Shown here: one piece after another, positions 34,961 through 45,376 of the stretch | How positions within the stretch are numbered: the stretch's first letter is position 1 | How the letters are laid out: every line of letters starts with the position of its first letter | DNA from: Tetramitus jugosus | Lineage: Eukaryota > Protista > Heterolobosea | Assembly: GCA_937625935.1 (NCBI GenBank) | Contig: OW569356.1 | Coordinates: 496,001-560,000 of the forward strand | Length of the DNA stretch: 64,000 nucleotides | Direction of reading: 5' to 3' | The notes under the pieces: generated by a model | Seen by the model: only the letters and a program-made list of their open reading frames with translations | Told to the model about the DNA's origin: nothing | The model's database searches: none | Position numbers and translations under genes: made by a program

Positions 34961-36676
34961 TCACTCAACAATCTTGAAGAGTATCATGAATGATTGGAAC
35001 CTGTGTAGACATGCAGGTATGGTTAAGAAACAACTCCGTTGCTCTAAATCGAGCATACCAAATTGAAACCATTCCTTTTCTGCGTTCCTGGCTGACTTGG
35101 CGCATTGCTCATAGCTGTGTTGAAATTGACAGAATATTTTTGTGGGCTTAGGTCCAAGTAGATCTGGTCGTCTCACATAGAGACACAGTTGCAAATTTCG
35201 AGTTAGATCTACAGTTGTTTGTCGGCCTCTGACTAACATATCTGCCTCTATCCAACAGAAGCACGCGTCCGCAGATAAGACTTTGCATATCTCAATAGGC
35301 ATACAGCCCTCAATACAGATTCCGAAGGTATCTGTAGTGTCAGCCAGTTGATTGCTGTCTGCTTCATCGAGGGATGATTGGATGATTGGTCCAGATTTGT
35401 CAATTTTGCTCTGTTGTTTGTTGACAACATGAATGTACTTGACATTTGGTATGAGTGACGCACTGTTTAGCTGAGGAGAACTTGGCACAATATCATCACT
35501 CGTATCCTCAAAATCCAAGACTGTAGGTCTAATATCCATAAGTGAATGTCTACTTTCAGCTATTCTCTTTGGTAATGGAGAGGCAGTCTTGGGGATCAAT
35601 TGTGGTGTATATTGAAGATCGCTCACTTGATAGAACAGAGCATTGATTTGAAGTTTCCATGCAAGTACCACCTCAATCATGCTATCATCACTACCCAACT
35701 GCCTAAATTTGTGATCATCTACCAAGTACCAACATCCTGATGACTTGAGCACTGTTACATAATGTTTCCCATAATATCCGATGAAGGATATGAGCTCGGC
35801 TGTTTGATTGGTATCAATACCAGCGAACATCTTTTTGAGCTTCAACGACGTCCGAAGCCTTAGCAGAGCAATCATTGCTCTGTGCTGTCTAGATTTCACG
35901 TTGTCACTCTCCCAAGTGAGTCCGATACACAGCACACTAGGCACATCAAGAACGTACTTTCGAACCTTGCATTTGCCGCATTCACCACTGATGCAATTCT
36001 TTTCCTCTGATTCTGTTATTAATTTGAATAAATTTTCAAAGGATGAAGTCTTGAGTCGCTGACGTTGATTGCTAAGATTGACCATCTCTGTCACAGAGAT
36101 GTACCAACAGGGAGTTTGATAGACCAATGGCTCACCTCTCTCTCCACACTTTCCACATATCGTCTGCTCACTCACATTGATATCGAACACTGGTATATGT
36201 GAACAGATGAGAGAGTTGTTAAGTTCGGTCAAAATAGCCTGAAAAGCCTCGCATGCGTCATCCATTTGATGCAGCTGAAATTTGCTTGAATGTTGATATG
36301 TTGTTGACAGAGCCATTCTGACCTCCTCTGGCAGCAAAACACGATCATCACTGAACTCATAGTTCATAAACAGATTTCTCAACGAACAGAATACGCATGC
36401 CTCTTCTCCACCGGGCAGTCTGGAGTGATCATGCTCATCTTTATGGATCTTCATGAACAAATTCCTAAATGGTTCGCAGTGCCACATGATTTGTATGACT
36501 ACATTGAGGAAGCAATTGTGCTCTCCCTTTCTGTTCTCGAGTCCTTTCATCGAGTTGGGTTGTTGTATGTGGTACGTGTCCTCTCTGGGCAGATCCATTG
36601 ATTCAACATGATTCGAAGGGTTAACACATGCAACATCTTTCAACTTCTTTCTCCATTGATTGATAGTGAGAAACAT
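34961..36676 (-). CDS. USP53/USP54-like ubiquitin-specific protease
   Basis: KGLENRKGEHNCFLNVVIQIMWH Cys box, CVFCSL, QMDDACEAF, IGYYGKHY His box. Confidence 0.85.
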   Translation of the reverse strand: MFLTINQWRKKLKDVACVNPSNHVESMDLPREDTYHIQQPNSMKGLENRKGEHNCFLNVVIQIMWHCEPFRNLFMKIHKDEHDHSRLPGGEEACVFCSLRNLFMNYEFSDDRVLLPEEVRMALSTTYQHSSKFQLHQMDDACEAFQAILTELNNSLICSHIPVFDINVSEQTICGKCGERGEPLVYQTPCWYISVTEMVNLSNQRQRLKTSSFENLFKLITESEEKNCISGECGKCKVRKYVLDVPSVLCIGLTWESDNVKSRQHRAMIALLRLRTSLKLKKMFAGIDTNQTAELISFIGYYGKHYVTVLKSSGCWYLVDDHKFRQLGSDDSMIEVVLAWKLQINALFYQVSDLQYTPQLIPKTASPLPKRIAESRHSLMDIRPTVLDFEDTSDDIVPSSPQLNSASLIPNVKYIHVVNKQQSKIDKSGPIIQSSLDEADSNQLADTTDTFGICIEGCMPIEICKVLSADACFCWIEADMLVRGRQTTVDLTRNLQLCLYVRRPDLLGPKPTKIFCQFQHSYEQCAKSARNAEKEWFQFGMLDLEQRSCFLTIPACLHRFQSFMILFKIVE

Positions 36677-36810
36677 TGTGAACCACGCGAATCAATACGT
36701 TTATCGTAGCTTGAGTGAAACGGGTTAAACGGACAAGTTTCTCCGTAGTAGAATTTTGAATGTCCAATAAATGCTTTATAAATAAGAGATTGATTGTGAG
36801 AAGTCACAAA

Positions 36811-37497
36811 TTATGAAGTCTCAGGTGTTCCACCCAATGGAGCCATAGGGATTGTGATTGTTGGATGTCTCTTCGTCTCGACGAATTGCTTTACAAGCGG
36901 TCTGTTTGCAAAACTCTGGTAAAACTTGTACAATCTGTCGTACTGTTTAATTTGATCCAATCCAATAGGACGAACCAAATCCAAGTAACACCACATTGAA
37001 TAATCGACAAAGGTAACATGAGATCCAACCCAATACTCTTCACTTTCATTCAAAGCGAGATAATTTTCCAAGTCGCTCAATCTCTGTGGAATCGTCCCTT
37101 GAAGAAAAGTCTGCTTCTTGCTCTCCCATTCAAAATCCCAATAGAAACCCATAATCTCACGCAATGAATCCACATATGATTCTTGCACAATATCACAACG
37201 AATTGTCTCTAATGCACTCTTTCCGTACAGATTGTACTTTCTTGCCAAGTGACGAAGAATGGCCTGTGAATGCACAACGCACAGTCCAGAATCAACTTCT
37301 TCATAGAGTGGAACTTGATGGAATGGAAGCTTTCCTTCTTTGCTCAATTGTTCTTTACGTGCTGGCCATTCATGAATTGGAATATTCACTTCTTGATACT
37401 CAACTTGTTGTTCTTCAAGCAGGAGTCGAATTGGATCTACTCTGCCTCTAACGCCAAAGTATGTGAGTTTGATGTTGGGTGTTGTGGTGGATGTCAT
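36811..37497 (-). CDS. Glutathione S-transferase (sigma/pi-like)
   Basis: KLTYFGVRGRVDPIRLLL, LPFHQVP, HSQAILRHLARKYNLYG, TFVD. Confidence 0.93.
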   Translation of the reverse strand: MTSTTTPNIKLTYFGVRGRVDPIRLLLEEQQVEYQEVNIPIHEWPARKEQLSKEGKLPFHQVPLYEEVDSGLCVVHSQAILRHLARKYNLYGKSALETIRCDIVQESYVDSLREIMGFYWDFEWESKKQTFLQGTIPQRLSDLENYLALNESEEYWVGSHVTFVDYSMWCYLDLVRPIGLDQIKQYDRLYKFYQSFANRPLVKQFVETKRHPTITIPMAPLGGTPETS

Positions 37498-37670
37498 TCT
37501 GCTTGGGTGTTGTGTTGTTATTCTATTCTGTGACACTGCACAAAAAAGTATCCACCTTTTAAAGTACAGATCACAACCACGGTGGTTCGAGCAAATTATG
37601 GAAGTGGGTCAACTCCAACCTTATTGTAAAGTCGAATCATGTTTGGGCATTCACTCGGAAGAAGTTTTAT

Positions 37671-39488
37671 TTACCAGAACAAAAAGGTATAGACACACTC
37701 TAGCTTTGATGGATTGTCATGTCGATAGACTCTGTAACTTCTGTGGGTAAACTCCAACACAGAGCCCCACCTGTCCATCAACAGAGCTCTTCCCTTGCGC
37801 TCCGTTCTCAAATGGCTGGTGCGCAGCACTTGAGCGCCACTTGTCGGATGATTCCGGATCAACTCTGTTCTCCGTTCTCTTTCTCTCTTGATGCTCTCCA
37901 GTGAAGAGGTAACTTGCAATGGCACAAACAAGTCATTGTACGATTTCAGTGAATCACCCGATGCATATCCCAATTTTTTCACTAGACCATCGGAAACGTA
38001 CTCTATACTGGGCACTTCTCTACTAATGACCACACCCATTCGATCAGACGATAGTAGAGAATGATTTCTGCCCTGTTTCCACACATCCACATTAATCTTG
38101 AAATCATTGGCTGAGAATTTAGGTAAATCACTCAGTATACTCTCTAGATTGGTCAATGTTTGATCTTCGTCACTGTCATTGCTGTCGTGGTTGTGCATCA
38201 GTATAGTCGGATCATCTCTTGCTATTGTTGGAGCGACAAGTGGAGGAGATGGTTCAAACAATCTCAATCCTCGCAAATGTTCATTGTCATTCACCATCAT
38301 TGATGATGATGATGAAAGAAATGGTGATGAAGATGGTACAAATTGTTCATTCAACAACAAGTAATCACTCTTGTTATTATTGTTAGTAGTATTAGTAGTA
38401 GTAGTAGAATGATAGTTGTTATTGTTGCTGTTGAGATAATCTGCCAACATGGATGAGAATTGTTGATCGTTGCCATAGAGACTCATCATTTGTTGTTCTA
38501 GTTGACTCTGTGTACTGAAACCCAAATTGGCTGCATACGGTTGTTGTTGTTGTTGAGCTCTTGTATGATTCAATGAATGATTGTCCATCATCATCATTGT
38601 TGATTGAACATGTGGTGGATGAATAGATGATGATGATGATGATGATGATAATTGTTGTTGTTGTTGTTGTAAGAGTAATTGTTGTGCCATGTATTGACTC
38701 AATTGTTCTTGAGCACCAACAATAGGAGCAGTTTGAAGTAAAGATGATGATGATGATGCTTGATGATGAGAGTATTGTTGTTGTTGTTGTTGTAGTTGAG
38801 TACTACTACTGCTACTGTCCATGATTCTAGCTCTCTTATTCTCTCTCATCAATGTACCATCTTGTTGCTGTTGTTGTTGCTCTTCAATCACACCTGCATT
38901 GGATAACCTCTTTTGAGGCAACACTCCTGTTCTTGTTGCTGTTGATGCTGCTGCTGTTGTTGATGCTGTTTCAGTGTGTGATGTAATCATACCATCACTA
39001 CCATTGACAAACGTGTGTTGAAAACACAGTGAAAATTCTTGTTTTTTTTGTGAACGACCTCTTTTTTTAGCGGATTGAACATCGGTACACTCGAGTCCTA
39101 ATCGTACACAACGACCACATGGTCTTTCAAAGCCACATCTAGTGTGTCTTCTTTGACATTCGCCACAGGCTTTTGAGGCTCTTTTTCTACCGTTTGGATA
39201 TGATTTTTTGTTTTGTGAGGATGATTGTTTTTCTCCATTGTTGTCATCGTCATTGTCATCGTCGGAGGAATCGTCATCTTGATTGTGGTGATGGTCGTGA
39301 TGATGATGATGATGATCATGATGACTTTGTTTGTTAGAGTGTGTTGGATGTTGTTGTATTGTATCTATTGCTGCCATTGTTGAGTCATTGCTATTGTGAT
39401 TGTTGTAGTCTGAGAAAATAAAATCATCGCTGTGGGAAGGAGGAGGACTGGGAACGTCTCCGAAAAAGTCTAGGTCCAAGGTGAGCAT
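37671..39488 (-). CDS. Zn(II)2Cys6 binuclear-cluster transcription factor with C-terminal PAS-like domain
   Basis: RASKACGECQRRHTRCGFERPCGRCVRLGLEC; Gln/Ser-rich middle; C-terminal GVVISRE..IEYVSDGLVKKLGY resembles a PAS N-terminus. Confidence 0.88.
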   Translation of the reverse strand: MLTLDLDFFGDVPSPPPSHSDDFIFSDYNNHNSNDSTMAAIDTIQQHPTHSNKQSHHDHHHHHHDHHHNQDDDSSDDDNDDDNNGEKQSSSQNKKSYPNGRKRASKACGECQRRHTRCGFERPCGRCVRLGLECTDVQSAKKRGRSQKKQEFSLCFQHTFVNGSDGMITSHTETASTTAAASTATRTGVLPQKRLSNAGVIEEQQQQQQDGTLMRENKRARIMDSSSSSTQLQQQQQQYSHHQASSSSSLLQTAPIVGAQEQLSQYMAQQLLLQQQQQQLSSSSSSSSIHPPHVQSTMMMMDNHSLNHTRAQQQQQPYAANLGFSTQSQLEQQMMSLYGNDQQFSSMLADYLNSNNNNYHSTTTTNTTNNNNKSDYLLLNEQFVPSSSPFLSSSSSMMVNDNEHLRGLRLFEPSPPLVAPTIARDDPTILMHNHDSNDSDEDQTLTNLESILSDLPKFSANDFKINVDVWKQGRNHSLLSSDRMGVVISREVPSIEYVSDGLVKKLGYASGDSLKSYNDLFVPLQVTSSLESIKRERERRTELIRNHPTSGAQVLRTSHLRTERKGRALLMDRWGSVLEFTHRSYRVYRHDNPSKLECVYTFLFW

Positions 39489-39809
39489 TTGATTTATTAC
39501 GAACGTTCGTTGTTGCAAGACAATGTTGTATCGGTTGATGGTTGTTTTGATGTACTTCCGAGTGTGATTGCTTTTCTTTGTTGCGTGGTGAACGAGGGGA
39601 GACAAGTTGGTTCTGTTTTGTCCAACGGGGAGTTGCGTGGTGATGATGGAGGAAGTTTTTTTTGCTCGGTGTTTCGTTTATTCCGCAGTAGCTGTACCCG
39701 ATCGATGGTCCCAAAAAGACGTTTGGATTTCTCCTTGTTTGTCCTTTTACGGGTGTTTGCCGAGAGGGGCAAGATAGATAGACGATCCAGCAACACGACC
39801 AGACCAGTT

Positions 39810-42446
39810 TTACCTGAGTCGCTGTTCGATGAATTGCAACATTCGCAGAGAGTATTGCTCTGGAGGCACGGAGCTCACTTGTTCTCGATCTGTTGAAATG
39901 AGGTTCTGTGTCATCTTTCGAATATCGTAATGTCCCAGGAAATCAATCAAACCAAAGAAGTATATCTCTGAGCCGTCGACAGACGATATCTGCTTCAATC
40001 TGTTGGACGAGTTAGAGAGTAGCAAAGGAGAAGATGAGATTGTGTCAAAAGTCTTCTCAACATTGAGATGCACAATTTTCACTTGTGATCGTTCGACTTC
40101 TTCTCTTGGTCCGAGCAGATTGGTGGTGGCTGCCGACATGGTAGAGAATGCGGATGACACAGAGTCGAATATCGATTTGCTCCGCATAAATTTTCCATCT
40201 GTGGCGGCACTGTTGTTGTTTGATGGAGTTGTCGGTGGAGTGACATCCACAGATGGCGACACTGCATGATTATGGGAGGAAACAGCAGCCTTATGCATAC
40301 TCACTGGCGGAGCAGTGTTGGATCTTGAGAGAGAGAGATGAGGCGATGAAGGAGTGTCTGATAATGTAGCAGCATCAGTGCGTCCGGTTAATGAAGCCCG
40401 ATTGCTATTGAACATTTGAACAATATCGTTCACGTTGCTTCCACCGTTTGTGGCAGACGACAAGGATGATGGTGATGCATTTCTGTCTGAAAGTGATGAA
40501 GAGGGTTTGACTGGGGTGATAGTGGTAGTCGATGCGTACTTTTGTTGTGGGAGAGATCTGATTGTGGATGGGGACGTTGTCCTATTATTGTTCACTGCAC
40601 CTGCACTACCATCTCCACTAAATATTTTGCTCCTACTCTTGATGGATAGATCAGTTGTTGTAGCAGTAGTATTAGTAGTAGAGCTTTCGGATGAGGATGC
40701 ATTGCGCAAATGACTTGGTATCGGTGGTGTCTTACTCTTACTATTGTTGTTGTTGTTGCTATTATGAAGGGTATTCGTATTCATCGAGTAGCTTCTCGTT
40801 AGTGAAGCCGATGATGATGACTTTGGTAAACTGTGAGATTTGAGGGGTGAGGGTGATCGAATGGATGACGCAGATGATGTTCCACTTGCAGATGAAGATG
40901 ATGCTGATAAGAGACCATTGCTGTTCGTCGTCGTCGTGTTGTTTCGTGGAGATGCAGGTGGACGCGACGACGACGAAGAGTGCTGTTGTTGTTGTGGTGC
41001 TTGTTGCGAAGAGAGTTGAGGGACATGCAAGCCCAATTTCCGGGCAGTCGATGCCTTCAACACACCAACCAACAGCGAGTAATCCATGAGTTTGTGCGAC
41101 TCTAGAAAAGCACAATCATTCTTCAACTGAAGCATCACCAGTTGCTTCATTTGAGGTCCAATATGAAAGAATCGATTCCGATTGATAAGATCCTGGTCCT
41201 TGAGAGTTGTTTCTCCGTCTCGCGCCTGTCTGCCTAGTGTACTGCCCTTGAGATCATACATTTCATCCATGTCGTCCGCATCCACCGAAAACAAGTGATT
41301 CATAACCACAAATCGACGCAAATTTCCATCGACCGTCATACGAAACAGTCCATAGAATCGAGAGAGAAAGGAAGAACAACCAGAGAGATGACTCAAGTAA
41401 CTTGTCAAGAATTGATCTCTCAAAAATTTAGCTTCATTCTTTGTCAGTGTTTTGACAATGAATCGATGGTCATTGGTAATACCAAACATGGCACCAGACT
41501 TGCTATTCATTTGCTTAAAATAAGTTTCTCTAAAGCTTTCGACAAACAATTGTTCCAATTGTGTGCTCGTATAATTGTTAGATGTTACATTGTCACCACC
41601 ACTGCTACTCTTACTACTGTAGTTGCTTGTAAATTCGCTCTGAAGCAACTGTTCTCTGATTTTTCGGAATTGAGCGGGAAAATAATCCTTGAATTGAATA
41701 ATGGTGTCGCAGTTGGGAATGATGGGCAGTTCTTGCTTCTTGTTTGCCTGACTCAACTCATACCTCATATCATATCTCAACAATTGATTGATACAAAATT
41801 GAATAATGTAAAAAATTTGTTGTGAAATGTCCTTTGTGCTGTCACTACTCGTGCTGCTATTATTATTGTTGTTGTTGTTACTATTACCACCACCATTCAA
41901 ATGAGGAATATTGTTTGAAAAACGTTGTATTGTGTTGGTCAATAAATTTCCACTTCCACTACTACTACTATTATTATTATTATTAGTATTAGTATTGCTG
42001 TGATTACTACTGTTGTGCGTAGGATTGGTTGTCCTCTTTTGAAAGGAAAGATGATTAGAATTGTTGGTCGTATTCCTGTTGTTATTATTATTATTAGTAT
42101 TTGTATTAGTATTATTATTATGGTTAGTCGTATTCCTGTTGTTAGTGTTATTGTTATTGATTGAGAGCTTTTGCTTTTGGTGGAGATGAGTGGGTGGAGG
42201 TGGAGGTGGCATCACTGTTGTTGTTGAATTGGATTTGGTAGTGGTAGTGGTAGTAGTAGTCGTCGTGCTAGTGAGCAATATGGTGGACGATGATGAAGAT
42301 GGTCGTTGTTGCATTGTGGGTGTCGGTGGAAAGTTGATTGGTGTTGTTTGTTGAGTGGAGGTTGGTTGGGAAGGAGTAAGCTTATTATGATTGTTCGTTG
42401 TTTGTTGTTGTTGTTGTTTGGAAAGAGGGCGGTGGTATTGACTCAT
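39810..42446 (-). CDS. Phosphatidylinositol phosphate kinase (PIP5K family)
   Basis: FKDYFPAQFRKIR, SKSGAMF, FIVKT, YDLKGS, LKDQD, MDYSLLVG, FGLIDFL; large Ser/Thr-rich insert. Confidence 0.93.
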   Translation of the reverse strand: MSQYHRPLSKQQQQQTTNNHNKLTPSQPTSTQQTTPINFPPTPTMQQRPSSSSSTILLTSTTTTTTTTTTKSNSTTTVMPPPPPPTHLHQKQKLSINNNNTNNRNTTNHNNNTNTNTNNNNNNRNTTNNSNHLSFQKRTTNPTHNSSNHSNTNTNNNNNSSSSGSGNLLTNTIQRFSNNIPHLNGGGNSNNNNNNNSSTSSDSTKDISQQIFYIIQFCINQLLRYDMRYELSQANKKQELPIIPNCDTIIQFKDYFPAQFRKIREQLLQSEFTSNYSSKSSSGGDNVTSNNYTSTQLEQLFVESFRETYFKQMNSKSGAMFGITNDHRFIVKTLTKNEAKFLRDQFLTSYLSHLSGCSSFLSRFYGLFRMTVDGNLRRFVVMNHLFSVDADDMDEMYDLKGSTLGRQARDGETTLKDQDLINRNRFFHIGPQMKQLVMLQLKNDCAFLESHKLMDYSLLVGVLKASTARKLGLHVPQLSSQQAPQQQQHSSSSSRPPASPRNNTTTTNSNGLLSASSSSASGTSSASSIRSPSPLKSHSLPKSSSSASLTRSYSMNTNTLHNSNNNNNSKSKTPPIPSHLRNASSSESSTTNTTATTTDLSIKSRSKIFSGDGSAGAVNNNRTTSPSTIRSLPQQKYASTTTITPVKPSSSLSDRNASPSSLSSATNGGSNVNDIVQMFNSNRASLTGRTDAATLSDTPSSPHLSLSRSNTAPPVSMHKAAVSSHNHAVSPSVDVTPPTTPSNNNSAATDGKFMRSKSIFDSVSSAFSTMSAATTNLLGPREEVERSQVKIVHLNVEKTFDTISSSPLLLSNSSNRLKQISSVDGSEIYFFGLIDFLGHYDIRKMTQNLISTDREQVSSVPPEQYSLRMLQFIEQRLR

Positions 42447-42617
42447 GATTTTTTTTTTCGTGTTGTTGTCTGTTTGTTTGGATGTGCCTGAAGTGCTGAT
42501 ATCAAACGCGAATCTTCCGCGGAGGATGTCGGTGTTTTTGATGGTGAGTGGAGTCCTTTGAACAGTGTCTGAACATGTTGTTGGAGATGGTGCGTGACCA
42601 TTTGTTCTTTATTCAAT

Positions 42618-44660
42618 TTAGGCAGCAGATTTGGTGGTGAGGCCAATGATTCTGCTATTGAACTTCTTGACTGAATGGTCCAAGAAGAACCTGTCACTGT
42701 CATCCTTAATGTATTCACAATGTTCGAGCAAGTACTCAAATATGAGTTTACTTCTCCTGTACATGGCCAAGCACTTTTTGAGCTCCTCATTCTCCACGAA
42801 TGGCACACTCTTGTCATCTTTGGCCAGAAATTCTAGTTGTATGGATTCTTTGGCTAACCGCAGACCATACCTGTACAATATTTGTTCTGCACACACGTGT
42901 GAATCGAAAATTCCCAAAGCACTTCCACTCATACTATTAGAGCTGACAGAAACGTCATCACTGCATGAATTGGTGGAGTTTGTACTATGGGAAGCACTAG
43001 TCGCAATCGTTGATTCCACGTGTTGAATTCTCTCAAACAAATCATTCAATTGCTTATCAATCCAATCAGACATGATGTACAGTCTTCTACTTAGTTTGTG
43101 TTCCTTCCGGATCGCTTGCAACTTTTCATACTGCGAGTAGAGTAACTCAAGTGATTTGCAATAGAGTGCAATTGCTTCTGTTGCCCTAAAACCTAATTCA
43201 AAAAAGTATGCAGCTTCCGAGATGGTCCATGATTGCCTCATGCCATTCTCTATCGTATTTACATGTGCTTGAATTTCGTCTTCGCAGTCAACATTTGAAA
43301 AATCAAATACGCAGTCTGGATAAATCAATGCACCTTCATGCTTCAATTTCTTGTCCAGTGGCACATAATCGTGTGTTACAAGATCATTCAACGTCGGCAT
43401 CACTGAGTGTATCTCTTCTGTGTTGTTGTTATTGATTGTTGATTGATTGATAGCAACAGAATAGACATCTGCAGACACAACTGATAAATCTGTTTCTGAT
43501 TTTGGTTGCAAATCTATAACATTCACATCTTTTGCTTCTTCTTTCGCATTTTCTGCTCCTACAGTTGATTTTGATGCCTTTGGTTCTTTGGTACTACTCC
43601 TGTTGCTGCGGCGAACCCTTTCCTTTGTTGATACTATTTCAGTTATAGGTGATTCAGAAGTGGATGGAAGAGTTGCTGCGAGAATGGATTGAGATCTCTC
43701 TGCATAATGTGACTGACCCTTCAAATTCAGATAGGGATGCGCGAAAAACTCTTCAAACGACATTCTCAACTCTGGATCAGGTTGCAAAAGACCCTTCAAG
43801 AACTGAACCGCATGATTCGATATCGAATCATCGTGTTCATACTTTACACTTGTGTTCTTAATCCTTCTCAACAATTCTAAAATGTTGGATGCGACATACG
43901 GCGTCACACCATACAGCATTTCATACATGATGACTCCAACACTCCATAGATCAGCCTTCGCAGGATCATACTTTTTACATTCGATAATTTCAGGTGCCAT
44001 ATACAATGGAGAACCACACAACGTTTCTGCCAGGTCATTCGGCTGTATCTGTCTCACAAATCCAAAGTCTGCAATCTTCAATACTCCGACGTGATTCCCC
44101 GTAATTGGCCGACTGAGCAAAAGATTGGCCGGTTTCAAATCTCGATGAGCCAAATTCATTGACTGCATCACTTTGAGTCCATAGGCAATATCCGACAGGA
44201 ACTTGTGAGCCAAATGTTCTGGAACGCGATGATTCTCTTGATGATTCTTCAAAAAAGTGGCCAAATTCGGACCAAAGCACCTCTCAAGCACCAAATAATA
44301 GTGCCGCCTTGATTTATGAACATCCAACAAACGAACAATATTCAAATGATTGACATGCTTCATCAATTGAATCTCCTTGTCCAGTAACTGTATCGTACGA
44401 GGGTTCAATCTCTCTCTTGAAATCACCTTGATCGCAACAGGAAAATTGTCTCTTGTTCGATATCCTTCGTACACTTCGGCGAAACTTCCACGACCAATCA
44501 AATGATTGATCAACAAGTAAGCGCCGAGTTTTTTGGCAGAAATTTTCTTGTCATTGGTCGATGAAGCACTGCCTGAATCGTCAATGTTGGTAGAGGATTT
44601 GAGTGAGGAGGAGGATGAGGATGATTTTCGGATGGATGATGATGATTTCTTTTCACTCAT
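42618..44660 (-). CDS. ATG1: Autophagy kinase ATG1/ULK
   Basis: IGRGSFAEVY, HRDLKPANLLL, LKIADFGFVR, LAETLCGSPLYMAPE, KADLWSVG; C-terminal helical MIT-like region (EAIALYCKSL). Confidence 0.88.
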   Translation of the reverse strand: MSEKKSSSSIRKSSSSSSSLKSSTNIDDSGSASSTNDKKISAKKLGAYLLINHLIGRGSFAEVYEGYRTRDNFPVAIKVISRERLNPRTIQLLDKEIQLMKHVNHLNIVRLLDVHKSRRHYYLVLERCFGPNLATFLKNHQENHRVPEHLAHKFLSDIAYGLKVMQSMNLAHRDLKPANLLLSRPITGNHVGVLKIADFGFVRQIQPNDLAETLCGSPLYMAPEIIECKKYDPAKADLWSVGVIMYEMLYGVTPYVASNILELLRRIKNTSVKYEHDDSISNHAVQFLKGLLQPDPELRMSFEEFFAHPYLNLKGQSHYAERSQSILAATLPSTSESPITEIVSTKERVRRSNRSSTKEPKASKSTVGAENAKEEAKDVNVIDLQPKSETDLSVVSADVYSVAINQSTINNNNTEEIHSVMPTLNDLVTHDYVPLDKKLKHEGALIYPDCVFDFSNVDCEDEIQAHVNTIENGMRQSWTISEAAYFFELGFRATEAIALYCKSLELLYSQYEKLQAIRKEHKLSRRLYIMSDWIDKQLNDLFERIQHVESTIATSASHSTNSTNSCSDDVSVSSNSMSGSALGIFDSHVCAEQILYRYGLRLAKESIQLEFLAKDDKSVPFVENEELKKCLAMYRRSKLIFEYLLEHCEYIKDDSDRFFLDHSVKKFNSRIIGLTTKSAA

Positions 44661-45376
44661 TATTATTATTAGAGATTGTTGTGTTTTTGTTATATAAAAT
44701 GATGATGATTGTTGTTATTTGAATTTTGAAACGATAGATTTGGTATGGATAAATATAGAATGAGATTGGTGGATGAGTAAAGTGGTGGAAGTGGTGTTTT
44801 GGAGTTGATGTTGTGTCAGAGACACGTGGGGTTGGGTGGATCTGGCTAGGTAGGTCGATTGTTGTTTTGCTTTGCTTTTCTTTGTTATTGTTGGTTCTTT
44901 GCGCGTTTTTGGTGCATCGGCTTTGTGCGGCGCATTTCGCTTTGGAATGGAACTAGGAACGAAAATAGGTGAACAGCCCGACAGATGAATACAATGACAC
45001 CATTTTTTTTAGCTCATGAGTAAGCTTACTTGGGTTGACTGTGTTGACCCACATTGATTGGGAAGGATAAGGTGAGAAGAGATATAAAACTAAGGATGAT
45101 TGATCACAGATCTAGGGCAGCTTAGAAGAAGATACACAGCATACACCTTTCCTGAGAAAATCACCCAACAAAAACCACACCAATCATTCCTCTATAGGGA
45201 ATGGAGTTCTCATTCACCCATTCTGAATCTCTTCTGTACAACTACTGCCTTGGGTGCATGTGAGCTTTTGATGATTCCTCTGCTTCGGAATATTTGTTCG
45301 GCATTGGCAAAACACTTTCGAAAGAAAAAAAACCAAACCACAACAACAACAACAAAAACAACCAATAATACTTGAA

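Noticed and set aside
44823-44828. CACGTG E-box upstream of ATG1 (CLEAR-like)
   Set aside because: A single hexamer without CLEAR flanks; expected by chance.
45011-45050. Short palindromes (CTCATGAG, AGTAAGCTTACT) and a weak hairpin in the ATG1/OCA6 spacer
   Set aside because: Too short, and not assignable to any element.
45095-45155. Box C/D snoRNA-like segment (ATGATTGA...CTGA)
   Set aside because: Imperfect C box, no terminal stem, no convincing rRNA guide; lies after a TATA-like sequence in a promoter region.
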